A stretch of DNA of 64,000 nucleotides from IMGVR_UViG_3300020147_000065:157109-221108; one strand, 5' to 3'. Shown: positions 1-11,206, numbered from the stretch's first letter. Notes: generated by a model from the sequence alone, not told the origin. Numbers and translations: made by a program.

Positions 1-169
1 CACTTGACGTTGTGTGCAAGCTGCCCACCCCCACCACGCAGCAGAAAACAACCCTGCTGCGTGGTGATCTGTTCCCTGGCGAACATTTATTATTTATACC
101 CTTGCACTTGCTATTGTGGCCTGATATACTGCTATGCAGTTGTTAAATTAAGCCATCCACGGAGATATT

Positions 170-382
170 ATGTTAGCCTACACAATGACCGACGAGACGA
201 CCTACACAGTGACCCGCAACGGTTCACCCGTTGGCACAATTCGCCTTGACGGTGCCTTCTATAGCGCCTATGGTGTGCGCGATAATTTTCTTGGTTCCAG
301 CAGCCGGAGCCTCGGAATTGAGAACGCGGTGCGTAATCAATTTGGCACCCGTCGCCCAAAGTGGGGCAGACGCGGACACTAA
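170..382 (+). CDS. hypothetical phage protein
   Basis: ORF with GGAG RBS downstream of a TTGCAC/TATACT-like promoter. Confidence 0.6.
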   Translation: MLAYTMTDETTYTVTRNGSPVGTIRLDGAFYSAYGVRDNFLGSSSRSLGIENAVRNQFGTRRPKWGRRGH

Positions 383-1104
383 AAATATTTCGGGCGCGAC
401 CTTGCACAGAGGTTGCGCCCCTGTTATACTATTGGTATAACCAATCAGGGAGAACGAAAATGTCCGACGGAAAAACGATCATCGAAGAAATTGACGAAAT
501 CGAAGAATTGGCAGCGATGGCCGACGAACACGACGCGCAAAACGAGTTCCACGATCAATTTGATGGACAGTGGAAAGTCTAACAAAACGGGCCGGCCCCT
601 ACGGGGAGCCGGCCCTCACTTTATCTGCCCCCCCCCCACTCATAAAATTTTCCATAAATTACTTGTATTTATATTCTGTTATGTTATACTTTCAGTATCA
701 CAATTAGGAGGTAGCAAAATGCTACTCGATTTATGGCCTTACTTAGTGGCCTCTTTTCCAATGACTGATATGCGGAATCGCATTGCACGTCAAATAATGA
801 AAAGGGCGATGCAACCAAAGGGTCTGGATGGCACAGTGTGGGGAACACTGACAGACAAATATGTTGATAAGTCGTTCGATAGCAACGCCCGGTATTAAAC
901 CGGGCGTTGTTGGTTTGTTTGCCCCCCCCACTCAAATTTAAGAAAATCTGCCCACCCCCGTGTTAATTTCTTCCCCTTTCGCTGCGCTATAATGGAAGAA
1001 GGAAAGTCAGGGAACTGGGTCAAAAATAAAAATAAATTTGACTTTCATTTGTCCCCGTGGTCTGCTATACTAATGTTAATTCTTTTAGGAGTGAGTTTAT
1101 CACC

Positions 1105-1605
1105 ATGAACACCACGTTAGTTAATCAGGCCGCCGCATTGAGCGCGAAACTCCGCAAAATCACCGGACGTTGCGGCGAAAACCATTCAGCCGACTATTTG
1201 AATCGCGCAGAACGCGCATATTCCCGCGCGTATGACCGCGCTATGCGTCGCGCGATGGCTGCGATGCCTTCGGCTGTTCCCGGTGTTATTCCCGTTGAGG
1301 CTATCAAATTGATGTCAGCAGCGACCTATTCTGTGCCCGTCGAATCGGTTAAAATCCTCAAAATTGAGCAGATTGCAGCCGACCATCCCGACCGCGTTAT
1401 TGACCGCGCGTGGAGTGTGCGACTGTTGGGCGAACGCACGGTTCGGGCGCGTGAACTTGATGGCGAAGATTACAGCCATGTTATCACGCATACCCACCTC
1501 GTAGAAACCCGTTATGGTCACGGTGTGCCAGAGTCCGGCAACGGTGCTTGGGGTTCGTTGTTCGGCATCACCGACAAAGGCGAATATCGCCTATGGTGTG
1601 ACTAA
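1105..1605 (+). CDS. hypothetical protein
   Basis: AGGAG RBS; start adjusted to MNTTLV. Confidence 0.7.
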   Translation: MNTTLVNQAAALSAKLRKITGRCGENHSADYLNRAERAYSRAYDRAMRRAMAAMPSAVPGVIPVEAIKLMSAATYSVPVESVKILKIEQIAADHPDRVIDRAWSVRLLGERTVRARELDGEDYSHVITHTHLVETRYGHGVPESGNGAWGSLFGITDKGEYRLWCD

Positions 1606-1709
1606 CACCACGCCTCACACCGCAAGGTGTGAGGTGCCCCCCCCCCACGCTTGCCATTTTATTTTGTTTGTGTCATACTATAGTTATCTTGATTGATGAG
1701 GTTAGTGAA

Positions 1710-2012
1710 ATGTATAAGACGGTCACTCTCGCAAAGTTACGCCGTTTGGTCGCAAACCACGGGGCAGACAGTGTTCACATTAAATTCGATGAATATGATG
1801 GGCCGGCCCGTTTGTCCATCCGAATCGGCACGACGATTTATCACACGCAATGGGTGGACTTATCAGTTCTTTGCGGTTCATTGCTCCGGTGGCGTAATTT
1901 GCGGGGTGTTAGTTGTTTCGCTAACAAAGGTCGCAATGTGGGACTCATTGGGCCTAAGAACTGGAAACTTCAAAAGGGACAGAAAAAAGAGTTCCACCCG
2001 GCTTATTTCTAA
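1710..2012 (+). CDS. hypothetical protein
   Basis: GAGG RBS, C-tract promoter, terminal hairpin. Confidence 0.65.
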   Translation: MYKTVTLAKLRRLVANHGADSVHIKFDEYDGPARLSIRIGTTIYHTQWVDLSVLCGSLLRWRNLRGVSCFANKGRNVGLIGPKNWKLQKGQKKEFHPAYF

Positions 2013-2183
2013 GCCGGGTTTGCCCCCCCCACCACGATTCAAACGCCAAAAATCGTGGTGGGGCAAGTGATCGCAATGGAAGAAGGAAAGCCAGGAAATC
2101 AGGTCAAAAATAAATTCCAAAATCACTTGTGTTTACTAAACTTTTGAGTTACACTAACACTATCTTGTTTGGAGGTTTTGGTT

Positions 2184-2495
2184 ATGTCTCTATTTGACCA
2201 CTCGATTAAAGGGCACCTGAATTGGAAAGAACAGCGCGTTGCTGTGGAATGGGCTTATCAGCGCCGCAAACAGAAAGTTCTTTTCCGTTCTCTTGAAGGC
2301 GAAGCTATCGCGTTAACAGGCGTGATATGTTTCAAAGAAACCAAGTCAGTAACCGTTGGCGGTGGTTATATGACTTTGAAGGGTCGTGACGGCCTCGCAT
2401 TACAAAATGCACCAAAGGTCGAACAATTTCCAGAGGCTCTCGTTGCGCTTGCTCGCAAAGTAATCGAACGATGGCCGGAAGAAGAAAGCGAGTGA
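2184..2495 (+). CDS. hypothetical protein
   Basis: GGAGG RBS. Confidence 0.7.
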   Translation: MSLFDHSIKGHLNWKEQRVAVEWAYQRRKQKVLFRSLEGEAIALTGVICFKETKSVTVGGGYMTLKGRDGLALQNAPKVEQFPEALVALARKVIERWPEEESE

Positions 2496-2772
2496 TTTTA
2501 CTTGCATTTGTTCTACTGGTAACAGCGCCCTTATTTATTGGCAAGCCTTATATTTTTTATGGTATCGTTATTCTGGTTGGTGTGCTTACCCTTTTAGGGT
2601 AGGCACATCGCCAGCGATGTGCCCCCCCCCTTGCATCACGATTGTAAAACTTCCTACTGGGGATCAAAATATGTGGAAGAAGGAAGGTCAGAAAATCAGG
2701 TCAAGAATAAAAAGATTTTTCACTTTGCCCCCCCCCCTTGTTGCCATCTTTATCATATGTAATAATTTAAGT

Positions 2773-3108
2773 ATGGAATTTAGCAACACGGACATCACCA
2801 AAGTTTTTGAGAACGTAAACGCTCCGGCTGTAAAGGCTCAGATTTCAACTCTTGGCGGTGCCGGTCGCCATAGTCTAATGATTACTATGTCATTGGACAA
2901 GCGCGAGGATTGGGTTGCTGGCATCCTTCACAATTCGCGCTATATGTTCTTTAGTTTATCACAGGGCGGTAAACTCGAACAATTCAACCGCGCCCACACA
3001 ATCGAGCCAAAGTTTCGCACTCGCACCGTTGGCAGTGTAGACGATGCCATTGCAAAGATTAACACATACATCGAAAAAGTTAAGGACGCCCCCGCTGCTG
3101 TCAAGTAG
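2773..3108 (+). CDS. hypothetical protein (leaderless)
   Basis: ATG 6 nt after the -10 of a C-tract promoter. Confidence 0.75.
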   Translation: MEFSNTDITKVFENVNAPAVKAQISTLGGAGRHSLMITMSLDKREDWVAGILHNSRYMFFSLSQGGKLEQFNRAHTIEPKFRTRTVGSVDDAIAKINTYIEKVKDAPAAVK

Positions 3109-3162
3109 CGGGGACGTGCCCCCCCCCCCTGCATCTTATTACAAATTTGATATACTCTGAAT

Positions 3163-3605
3163 ATGAAAATTCTTGTGGTGCATCATGTTGAAGAATCTTT
3201 TTGTGGTGACGAATGGCAACAAATGGATAATGCACAAAGTGTTGTCGCAAAATTTTACGTCATATCAACCGCACAAGTTATGATAAGATTATTCTGACCA
3301 CTATGGAGGCATCGAATAGTGGTTATCATGAACTCGATAAATATATCAGCGTGGTAGAAAATTGGTGGTTTGGTTATTCACCTGATGAAGTATCTGAATA
3401 TGATACCGAACCAATGGTTTATAATGAAGACCATGTTTATGAAGGTCACGAATGGCTGCGAGTTTATGACTGGATTAAAGAACTAAAAGGTCATCAAATT
3501 TCCGTTTGCGGTGGTTTTCGTAATGAGTGTTTCTTAGGTCTTACCTCTACACTTGACCATTTAGGTATCAAATATAAAACAATTGAGCAGTGCGTTTATG
3601 GTTGA
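3163..3605 (+). pseudogene. probably frameshifted gene, weakly isochorismatase-like
   Basis: Leaderless ATG 3163 (MKILVVHHVE) stops near 3297; a second frame continues KILRHINR...VCGGFRNEC to 3605. Confidence 0.45.
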
Positions 3606-3663
3606 TAACCATAAACGTGCCCCCCCCCCTTGTCGTGTCCCCGTGGTTTGTTAAAATAGAAGT

Positions 3664-3957
3664 ATGAATTTCTTACGCAACCCTCATTTTGTGGATTTTA
3701 TCATTGATTTCACACAATGCAAAGCAGACGAAAGCGAACGTTTTGCACTTGCTAAGGCTCAGGGTGTAGCCTTCGCAGACTGGCGAATGACCACCGACGC
3801 AGCCGACTTCGTTGTTGATTATTTCAACGCTTTACCCAAACAGGAACAGTTTCGGACGTTGGTTCGTGCCCGTCTCGATATGCGTCAACAGGCCGACGCA
3901 TTAAACGCAAGCGTTGCAGAGTTTACTCAGGTGATAAACGCAGCCCGGTCTATGTAG
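3664..3957 (+). CDS. hypothetical protein (leaderless)
   Basis: C-tract promoter; stop codon inside hairpin. Confidence 0.7.
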   Translation: MNFLRNPHFVDFIIDFTQCKADESERFALAKAQGVAFADWRMTTDAADFVVDYFNALPKQEQFRTLVRARLDMRQQADALNASVAEFTQVINAARSM

Positions 3958-4034
3958 ACCGGGCTTGCCCCCCCGCTTACAATCATTCTTTTTCGTGTTA
4001 TACTTGAATCAATTCAAGAGTTACGGAGAAAGCA

Positions 4035-4253
4035 ATGCGACACGCAAACCACGTAGTTTTACCAACGATCATCACTGAGACAGGAGATTATTTGACGCGC
4101 GGCGGTGAGGTCGTTAACATCACCTCGATTGTCCCTTACTCGGCTTATGGTGCTACCGGCACCTATCATTGTAATATCATAGACCATTGGGATGTTTCAG
4201 GTCGGCTTTATCCCAACATGATAAGTGATAATGATATTGTCGAACGGGTATAA
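4035..4253 (+). CDS. hypothetical protein
   Basis: GGAG RBS. Confidence 0.65.
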   Translation: MRHANHVVLPTIITETGDYLTRGGEVVNITSIVPYSAYGATGTYHCNIIDHWDVSGRLYPNMISDNDIVERV

Positions 4254-4360
4254 TGGACAGGGAACGAAAGTTCCCTGTCTGCCCCCCCCCCGCCGGCACC
4301 CCTTGCATTCTCCCCGTGGTTTGCTATACTCTCAGTATCTTTAGTTAGAGAGGTTACGAC

Positions 4361-4672
4361 ATGAACAACGATGTGAAGATTCGCGGAATCGAGACGCCCG
4401 AACTGTGCCTGTGCTGCGGCTGCCAGGCCGAAATCGAAATCACCACGCCTGATGGTGTGGAGAAAATGTGCTTTTCTGAGGCGTTGCGTCAGTATCCTGA
4501 CCATATGGCCGACTATGGCGAATCCATGTTTCGTGCTATGCAGGATGAGGCCGAAGTATTGGATGCGCAGTTGCAAGAGTTCCGCGCTGAGGCGTGGCAC
4601 GAAGAAAATACACCACCGGCATGGTTTATGGATGAGCCGAACCCTTATATGGGTATGGGCTGCGATTTTTAA
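4361..4672 (+). CDS. hypothetical acidic protein
   Basis: GAGG RBS, own promoter. Confidence 0.7.
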   Translation: MNNDVKIRGIETPELCLCCGCQAEIEITTPDGVEKMCFSEALRQYPDHMADYGESMFRAMQDEAEVLDAQLQEFRAEAWHEENTPPAWFMDEPNPYMGMGCDF

Positions 4673-4775
4673 AACCTGCGCACTTTCCTGTTGTTTGGGA
4701 AAGTGCTGCCCCCCCCCTTGCTCCCATCTTTCTTTTTGTTATACTTGTAGTATCTTAGTTAGAGAGGTTAGAGCA

Positions 4776-4994
4776 ATGACTGAAAGCTATAAGCAAGCCG
4801 CAGAATGGGCGCAACATGAGGCAGACGTAACCGGCGAACCGTTTGTCGTCGTTCGGATGCCCAACACAACCGCGTATGGTTGCGAAAGAATCAGCGATTA
4901 CGCAATGAAGATTCGCGGACGTGTCGCAGCAACAATTTATCTCGAAACGATTGTTCCGCAAGAGTGGCGGAAAGCAAGGAACGGTGAAAACTAA
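4776..4994 (+). CDS. hypothetical protein
   Basis: GAGG RBS; coupled to the next ORF. Confidence 0.6.
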   Translation: MTESYKQAAEWAQHEADVTGEPFVVVRMPNTTAYGCERISDYAMKIRGRVAATIYLETIVPQEWRKARNGEN

Positions 4995-5368
4995 TGGCTA
5001 TCTCACGCGGCGGTAAAATCCGCAATGGTTCCTATGACCATAAATCTTATGGCCGTCCTCAGTTCGGTGTTGGTGGTGGTAATCGTATTCTCACCAACGA
5101 TAACACGAAATGGGGAGAATGGAAACGGGGCCACAAATACTCCCTGCGTATTCAAGACGTATCGCAGCGCAAGAACGGGCAAGTTCATGTGCAAGTGAAA
5201 CCACACAAGGGCAACGGCGGCAGAGTCATTGAGAAAAAAGGTTTTGTGGAATTTTTAGACGGTGAACCACACATCACTGTAAATTGGCAGGGTAAACGCC
5301 TGACTATCGCTGAAATTCTCGCAATCGGCACACACTACGGAAATAAAGCGGCTCACTCTTCGGAGTGA
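4994..5368 (+). CDS. hypothetical protein
   Basis: TAATG overlap; UUCG hairpin at the stop. Confidence 0.7.
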   Translation: MAISRGGKIRNGSYDHKSYGRPQFGVGGGNRILTNDNTKWGEWKRGHKYSLRIQDVSQRKNGQVHVQVKPHKGNGGRVIEKKGFVEFLDGEPHITVNWQGKRLTIAEILAIGTHYGNKAAHSSE

Positions 5369-5840
5369 GCCTTGCCCCCCCCTTGCGCGATTTAAAGTTC
5401 TGCGTTATCCTTTATGTATCTTACGGAGGTTTATCATGTGTTCTGATTCTTTTGCGTCTGCTTGTGCTATTGCCGAAGAGAAATCAAAGGAAACACCAAA
5501 GTGTTTGCAGTGTGGTAAACCGATGGGGCCGGTTGAGGCCGCCATCAGCTCGACGTGTGGTAAATGTTGCCGTCTTAATCATCGTAAAGCGATGGGAAAA
5601 AATAATGCTCAGAAAAATTGCCTTTTGGCTTAATTACAATGATAAACGCGTCCCGCAATGGTTGCACAATCGCGTTTGTCGTGATCGTTGGACGTGTGAC
5701 GGGTGCTATCGTAAAATGGTGCCCCGTGGTGGAATGTATTTCGATAATGGCCCTTATTGTGGTCATTGCAACGGGAACTAATTAGTTCCCGTTGTGCCCC
5801 CCCCCTTGTGCTACTATTAATAGTGTGTAATAATTTAAGT

Positions 5841-6107
5841 ATGGCTAACCACTACGAACGCAATCGGACGTTTGCTCGGTTTCAACATAACGGAAAACAC
5901 TATACCATCCACGAGCGCAAACATAAACTCAGCGATGGAACATGGCACACAAGCCGTTTTATCTGTGATGCTGCCGGAGATTGGCAAGGATGGGCAAAAG
6001 GTGTAAAGGTTGCGCGTGAAGTGTTGGATGGCAAGCGCGATAAGCATACCGGCAAACTTCTTGACCCTGTCGCCGCAATTCACGAAGCTGTAGCAGCTCT
6101 CCCATAA
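5841..6107 (+). CDS. hypothetical protein (leaderless)
   Basis: C-tract promoter. Confidence 0.7.
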   Translation: MANHYERNRTFARFQHNGKHYTIHERKHKLSDGTWHTSRFICDAAGDWQGWAKGVKVAREVLDGKRDKHTGKLLDPVAAIHEAVAALP

Positions 6108-6187
6108 GGAGAGCTGCCCCCCCCCTTGCAGCTAACTACATTCTGAGGGATAATAGATATATCACCTTTAGTTACGGAGAGTTTATC

Positions 6188-6586
6188 ATGTCAGAAGTAA
6201 TCGCAAACGCCGACCTCGTGGGCCGCATCATGGAGATGGTGCAATGGGCCGTTGATAAAGATATGGGCATCCAAAAAGGTGCTTTTGGTCTTGTCATTCG
6301 CAATGGTCACTATGCCGTTGGCTCCTATGGCCACGTTTGCGCGTTGGGCGCGTGTATGCATGGTAAAGCTGTCACCGGCGGCAGTGTGCCCGATTCATTC
6401 GCAAAAGAATATGGTGTCACCGACACTTGGGCGTGGGAGTTTGCCTATGGGTTCGATAACCCGACTAATCCCTATGGCTACACGGTCACTGAGGCCGTAT
6501 TAACGGGCGCGGAAGTTCGCCGCCTATGCGATGAGCGCGGCATCGAAATAAAAGGCAGTCGAGACGTAAAAGACAAAGAGGATTAG
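6188..6586 (+). CDS. hypothetical protein
   Basis: GGAG RBS. Confidence 0.7.
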   Translation: MSEVIANADLVGRIMEMVQWAVDKDMGIQKGAFGLVIRNGHYAVGSYGHVCALGACMHGKAVTGGSVPDSFAKEYGVTDTWAWEFAYGFDNPTNPYGYTVTEAVLTGAEVRRLCDERGIEIKGSRDVKDKED

Positions 6587-7119
6587 CAACCCTCTGCCCC
6601 CCCCCTTGCTCTATTTACCATATTTGTTAGAATAGATATGTAAGTCCTGTAATCCGCAGTCCTGGGACATTAGGCAACCAACTTACCACGGGAGAATTAA
6701 ATGTCACTCAGAGAACGACCAATCCATCGCTATTCCTGCCTTGTTCGAATTCCCGGTTCTGCAATTGCTCATCGCTATTACTATGAGGATTACAATTCTC
6801 AAGGTGCGCGAGAAGCAATCAGACAGCAGGTAATCAATGCGTTTTCCCAAATTGATTCCCGTAAAATTAAAGTCAGCAAAGCTACAAGAGTCTAAGGATA
6901 AAATCATGCACAGATTTCGATTATTCAAAGACGGGGACATGTGGTGCGCGTTGACCGGGAGCAACATTCAAGAAGGGCGCGTTGGATTCGGAAAAACTCC
7001 ATCCGAAGCGGTTAAAAATTGGGAGAAGGACAAGCCCCTTCCATAGGGGCTTGTCGTTTTTAACCCCCCCTTGCGCTGATTCTCTACTTTGTTAAAATAT
7101 AAAGCGAGGAGAGAATTTC

Positions 7120-7359
7120 ATGCGTTATCCACTAATTTGTTTGCTGACTGCGTTTCTCGGATGGTTCCCAATGGCCGCGTTTGGTGTAGGGCTTTTCGTC
7201 CATGCGGTTATTCGTTCGGTTCAATTCTGGATGTATCCCACCGTGGGCGGTTTTCTGGTGACAGTCGTTTCGACTCTACTGATTGTCGCTTATATGAAAG
7301 TAACCGACCCCATCGCGGCATCGCTTTATAATCTGGAAACAGTAGCGAGTCTCTCTTGA
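7120..7359 (+). CDS. small membrane protein
   Basis: Two hydrophobic segments; AGGAG RBS. Confidence 0.65.
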   Translation: MRYPLICLLTAFLGWFPMAAFGVGLFVHAVIRSVQFWMYPTVGGFLVTVVSTLLIVAYMKVTDPIAASLYNLETVASLS

Positions 7360-7693
7360 GAGACTCGCCCCCCCCCCTTGCAGTTATTGAGCATCTGATA
7401 TAAAATATGTTATATGAAAAGTTTTTATGTTAAGCAGACAACAAGAAACTCCCGTCACGGAAGTTCAAGTTGGGGAACAGGTCACGTCTGCTCAACTTAT
7501 AGTGAACCAGTAGACTCCCTGTTTTTTGCAATTGTCCTTTATTTCGTCTATTTAATTACATTCGATACCGCGATCTGGAATTTGAGCATTAGATATGAAT
7601 GACGCCCCCCCCCCTTGGCAGTATTTAATTTCCGCAGTATAATCTAATTGTCGCTGAGAAATACGGCGAACAAAAAACAAGGTGAGGTTTACA

Positions 7694-7804
7694 ATGGGTG
7701 ATTTTCTTCTCGAAATGTTGGGCGAAGTGGACGAAGCGACGGTAGCGGCACAAGAGACACAATTAGCTGAAGTTGCGGAAACCAAAGACGCCGACGACGA
7801 CTAA
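7694..7804 (+). CDS. 36-aa acidic peptide MGDFLLEMLGEVDEATVAAQETQLAEVAETKDADDD
   Basis: GAGG RBS; similar to 8181..8312; too short for the ORF track. Confidence 0.65.
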   Translation: MGDFLLEMLGEVDEATVAAQETQLAEVAETKDADDD

Positions 7805-7938
7805 TTATAGTCACAAAGGGTAAAAACGATTCGCAATTATCGCGCGGGGGAATCCGAAAATTCTCCCGCTCCTTTGTGCCCCCCCCTTGCGTCAAGTGGT
7901 ATATTTGTTAAAATAAATGGTGAAAGTGAGGAAAACAA

Positions 7939-8079
7939 ATGGCTGCTTTGACTGATGAACAGAAGAAATTGGGTTGGGTCGAAGGCACTTCCGCAGAGTT
8001 TCTCGGACTCACACCCGAAGAAGAAGCTCAGGTGCTCGAAGAAATGGAAGGTAAACCAGAAGCAGAGGACTCGGAGTAA
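7939..8079 (+). CDS. 46-aa peptide resembling the N-terminus of XRE/HigA-type antitoxins
   Basis: MAALTDEQKKLGWVEGTSAEFLGLTPEEEAQVLEE...; GAGG RBS. Confidence 0.55.
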   Translation: MAALTDEQKKLGWVEGTSAEFLGLTPEEEAQVLEEMEGKPEAEDSE

Positions 8080-8180
8080 TCCGGGGACTCTGCCCCCCCC
8101 CTTGCGCAATATCTCAAAGAAGTTAAAATATATTATGTCAGTCAGCAATGACGACAAATCAAATCTTTGGAGAAGAAACC

Positions 8181-8312
8181 ATGTCCATGCTCGATTTTTT
8201 GGCCGATATGCTCGGCGGGGAAGCCACGATGAACGATGTCCAGGCCCAGGAAGCCGCTGTCCTTGCGGCTGCGCGAGAAAAAGACGCCGAAGATTACGAC
8301 GACGAGGATTAG
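8181..8312 (+). CDS. 43-aa acidic peptide MSMLDFLADMLGGEATMNDVQAQEAAVLAAAREKDAEDYDDED
   Basis: GGAG RBS; paralog of 7694..7804. Confidence 0.65.
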   Translation: MSMLDFLADMLGGEATMNDVQAQEAAVLAAAREKDAEDYDDED

Positions 8313-8682
8313 TTTATCACTAATCAGGGAAAGGGAAAGTCCGAAAGACTTTCCCTTTTCTTTTTTGTCTGCCCCCCCCCCTACCATCCCACTGATAAAA
8401 TCTCCCCGTGGGTGGCGATCATATGGAAGATGGAAGGCCAGTGAACCATGTCAAAAATAAAATCGAGAATCACTTTCACCTCCCCCTTGCAGCCATTGTC
8501 ACACCTTGTTAAAATTTAAGGTATGAAATGGCCCAAGATAATTATCACCACGCGGAAGTATATCTACGGTATCCAATCACAAACCCATTGTCAATGGTTG
8601 GTGATGTGCATAAACAGCATCTAAGGGAGTAGATGCTGCCCCCCCCCTTGCAGCACTTTCATAAATTGCGTATAATTTAATT

Positions 8683-8950
8683 GTGAGCGGCGGAGTGAGT
8701 AAGCAATAGGGCAGTGAGGTTGAGAGAGTAACGTATACGGCGCGGTGATGAGTGCGGAGCCAATCGGACATCGAGATGAGCAACTCCAAACAATACTCTA
8801 AGGCTATGGAACGAGGAAATCAAGATACATATACCTGCTGAGGCCCAAAGCTCCAACGTGAGCGTTTTCATAACAAGCAAAGATGCTGCGTAAGAAATTC
8901 CGCCCCGTGCGGTGAGATTCAAAGGCCACGAATCCTATATGCGTGGTATC
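8683..8950 (+). ncRNA. putative structured ncRNA module A
   Basis: C-tract promoter with no + strand ORF; GGCGGAGT(8689)/ATTCCGCC(8897) closing helix. Confidence 0.45.
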
Positions 8951-8999
8951 TTTGCCCCCCCCCCTTGCTCTATAATCCTTATCTGTTAAAATAGATTAT

Positions 9000-9233
9000 A
9001 TGAATTGCACAATCTGTGGAAAACCTGTCGTATTGGTGCCATCGGCTGAACATAGAGCCGCTAAAGATTGCACAGGTAAAACCGCTGCTTATTATCGTAG
9101 TTTGTTCACTACCCACGCGGATTGTGAACTCAAAAAGCGGCGCGAGGAATCATTGCCGCGTCCTCTCACAGATTTAGAACGTGTGCAGTATGCCGGTCGT
9201 GGTATCAATTTACCAAATAAAATAATCATATGA
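9000..9233 (+). CDS. small Cys/His protein
   Basis: CxxC...HxxC; leaderless. Confidence 0.7.
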   Translation: MNCTICGKPVVLVPSAEHRAAKDCTGKTAAYYRSLFTTHADCELKKRREESLPRPLTDLERVQYAGRGINLPNKIII

Positions 9234-9592
9234 CAAGAGTTTGGCGAGTAGAGAACTATCAAGGCTCCAGCCCGTTTGTGGAGCCTTATTTCGCTAATAA
9301 GCCACCCACGGGGTTACAGGTTGACCGACGTGATGATTTTGCTCATGTTAAAGAGTCCCTACCGTGGCGACGTGTTCGCTTCGGTATGACGACGCGTGAA
9401 AATCTCATCGAATGGTTTGGTTTCTCATTAGTGAAAGAGTTCTACAAAGAGGGTTATCGAATAGTTACCTATATTGTAGACGATAGATACGTGATGCACT
9501 CTAAGAGTCGTTATCAGTTAATGTTTGATTTAGACCACGCGAGATTAGATTATGAGGTAGAAGAAAATCAACTAATGTCAGTATGGCCTTAA
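9230..9592 (+). CDS. hypothetical protein
   Basis: ATGA overlap with the upstream gene. Confidence 0.7.
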   Translation: MTRVWRVENYQGSSPFVEPYFANKPPTGLQVDRRDDFAHVKESLPWRRVRFGMTTRENLIEWFGFSLVKEFYKEGYRIVTYIVDDRYVMHSKSRYQLMFDLDHARLDYEVEENQLMSVWP

Positions 9593-9640
9593 TGCCCCCC
9601 CCCCTTGACGTTCATCCCCGTGGATTGTAAAATAATTAAC

Positions 9641-9979
9641 ATGATTCAACCAGTAGCGGACGCATTACCCGGATTTATTAAAGCGGTCAACGAAAAAATG
9701 ACTGACTATTGGGCGCGGCATTATCCTAACTTAACTGCACGTCAAGTCAAAGTCGGTGGTGGTGAGAAGTATATCAAAATCGTTGAAGTCGAGCATGGCG
9801 AAGTGCGTAGCATCTACTGTTTTATTGATGCTTCCAATGGTGATGTGCTTATGCCAGCAAGTTTCAAAAAACCCGCAAAACACGCGCGGGGTAACATCCT
9901 GACCGGCGACCCTGTAAATGACGGGTGTTGTGGGCCTCATGGTGTGCGATACATGGGAACTACCTTCTCTTGGGAGTAG
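9641..9979 (+). CDS. conserved phage hypothetical protein
   Basis: KYIKIV...YCFID..NGDVL.PAS.KKPAKHARGNI motif; leaderless. Confidence 0.75.
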   Translation: MIQPVADALPGFIKAVNEKMTDYWARHYPNLTARQVKVGGGEKYIKIVEVEHGEVRSIYCFIDASNGDVLMPASFKKPAKHARGNILTGDPVNDGCCGPHGVRYMGTTFSWE

Positions 9980-10031
9980 GTAGTTGCCCCCCCCCCTTGT
10001 CAACAGAAATTATATGGATTAAAATATAAGC

Positions 10032-10715
10032 ATGGACAAAAAGATTGATGACGTTTTAAAGTTCGACCCGATTGACACCGCAGAAAAAATGATGGGCGGC
10101 GATAGAAGTGATGCTTCTATGTTTCTGGGCCTCGCTCTGGCAATGGAGAACAACGAACAAAAAGAGCGCGTTTTAAATGCGTCAGGCGATACGCATTTCA
10201 GCACCACGCTTGACCAATATATTTCTATTGTTCAGGGCATCGGTTTCGAGCAGGTTTTGTGCATCCCATTTGTCGGTGAAAAGTGGGGAAAAGAAACTGC
10301 CCCACAAGAGAAATTTTTCGTTTTCTTCGATAAGTCGCGCAGCATTTTGCTTACTTTCGACACCTATAACAGCGGCAAAGTCAACGGTGGCAAGTTTCTC
10401 TATAACATCAAGCCGAACAACGAAAAAAGTTTCTATAATGTTATTTCTTCCGGTGGCTACACGAAAGACAGTGACGGCAATTATGTTTGGGTTGGTGACC
10501 ATGACTGCCGCGAAGCCATCAAACACAAGATTGCACGTTTAGAAGAAAACGGGCAATTCTTAACCAAATGGTTAGAGCGCCCTTTTCTCTGGTTGCTTCA
10601 TTATATGGACACCAAAGACAAGAATTATGATTATCGCGCTATCAACGCGGAACGAATTGCAATGCTGCCGGATTACGTGCAAGAAGCAATCACACCGGCT
10701 CAGTCTTCGGACTGA
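10032..10715 (+). CDS. hypothetical protein
   Basis: 227-aa ORF, leaderless. Confidence 0.8.
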   Translation: MDKKIDDVLKFDPIDTAEKMMGGDRSDASMFLGLALAMENNEQKERVLNASGDTHFSTTLDQYISIVQGIGFEQVLCIPFVGEKWGKETAPQEKFFVFFDKSRSILLTFDTYNSGKVNGGKFLYNIKPNNEKSFYNVISSGGYTKDSDGNYVWVGDHDCREAIKHKIARLEENGQFLTKWLERPFLWLLHYMDTKDKNYDYRAINAERIAMLPDYVQEAITPAQSSD

Positions 10716-10765
10716 GCCTTGCCCCCCCCCTTGCTCTATGAAGTATTTATGGTAGAATATATTAC

Positions 10766-11155
10766 ATGACGACAGCCAAAGTTAATCTAATCGGACTCAT
10801 AACCTTTTCCGTTCGTATATCGTGGCAAGGCGACACACCAATAGAAACTTCACGTTTTCTTGATGAAGTAGAGAGTGCTATTCGGCGCTTCATCATCACA
10901 AAAAGGTTATATTTAACCGATGATTTAGCCTTGCGTGTCTCAAGCCGTCCGTTTGAAGGATGCACGGCTCTGCGTCGGATACATGATGTGGCTGATATTT
11001 ATGATGCTTTTGGTTATGTAGCTTATGAAGTAAATATGGACAATATAAGCAAACCTATTCCACTATGCAAACCATCATTGCGTAAAATATTTGGTCGCTT
11101 ACCAAATAACATCTATTTCGATATTTATAAGCGTTCGGCTGTCACCTCAGAGTGA
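10766..11155 (+). CDS. dispersed family B member 1
   Basis: C-terminal LCKPSLRKIFGRLPNNIYF. Confidence 0.7.
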   Translation: MTTAKVNLIGLITFSVRISWQGDTPIETSRFLDEVESAIRRFIITKRLYLTDDLALRVSSRPFEGCTALRRIHDVADIYDAFGYVAYEVNMDNISKPIPLCKPSLRKIFGRLPNNIYFDIYKRSAVTSE

Positions 11156-11206
11156 CAGCCTTGCCCCCCCCCTTGTGAACCTGCCCCGTGGTTGGTAAAA
11201 TATAAA

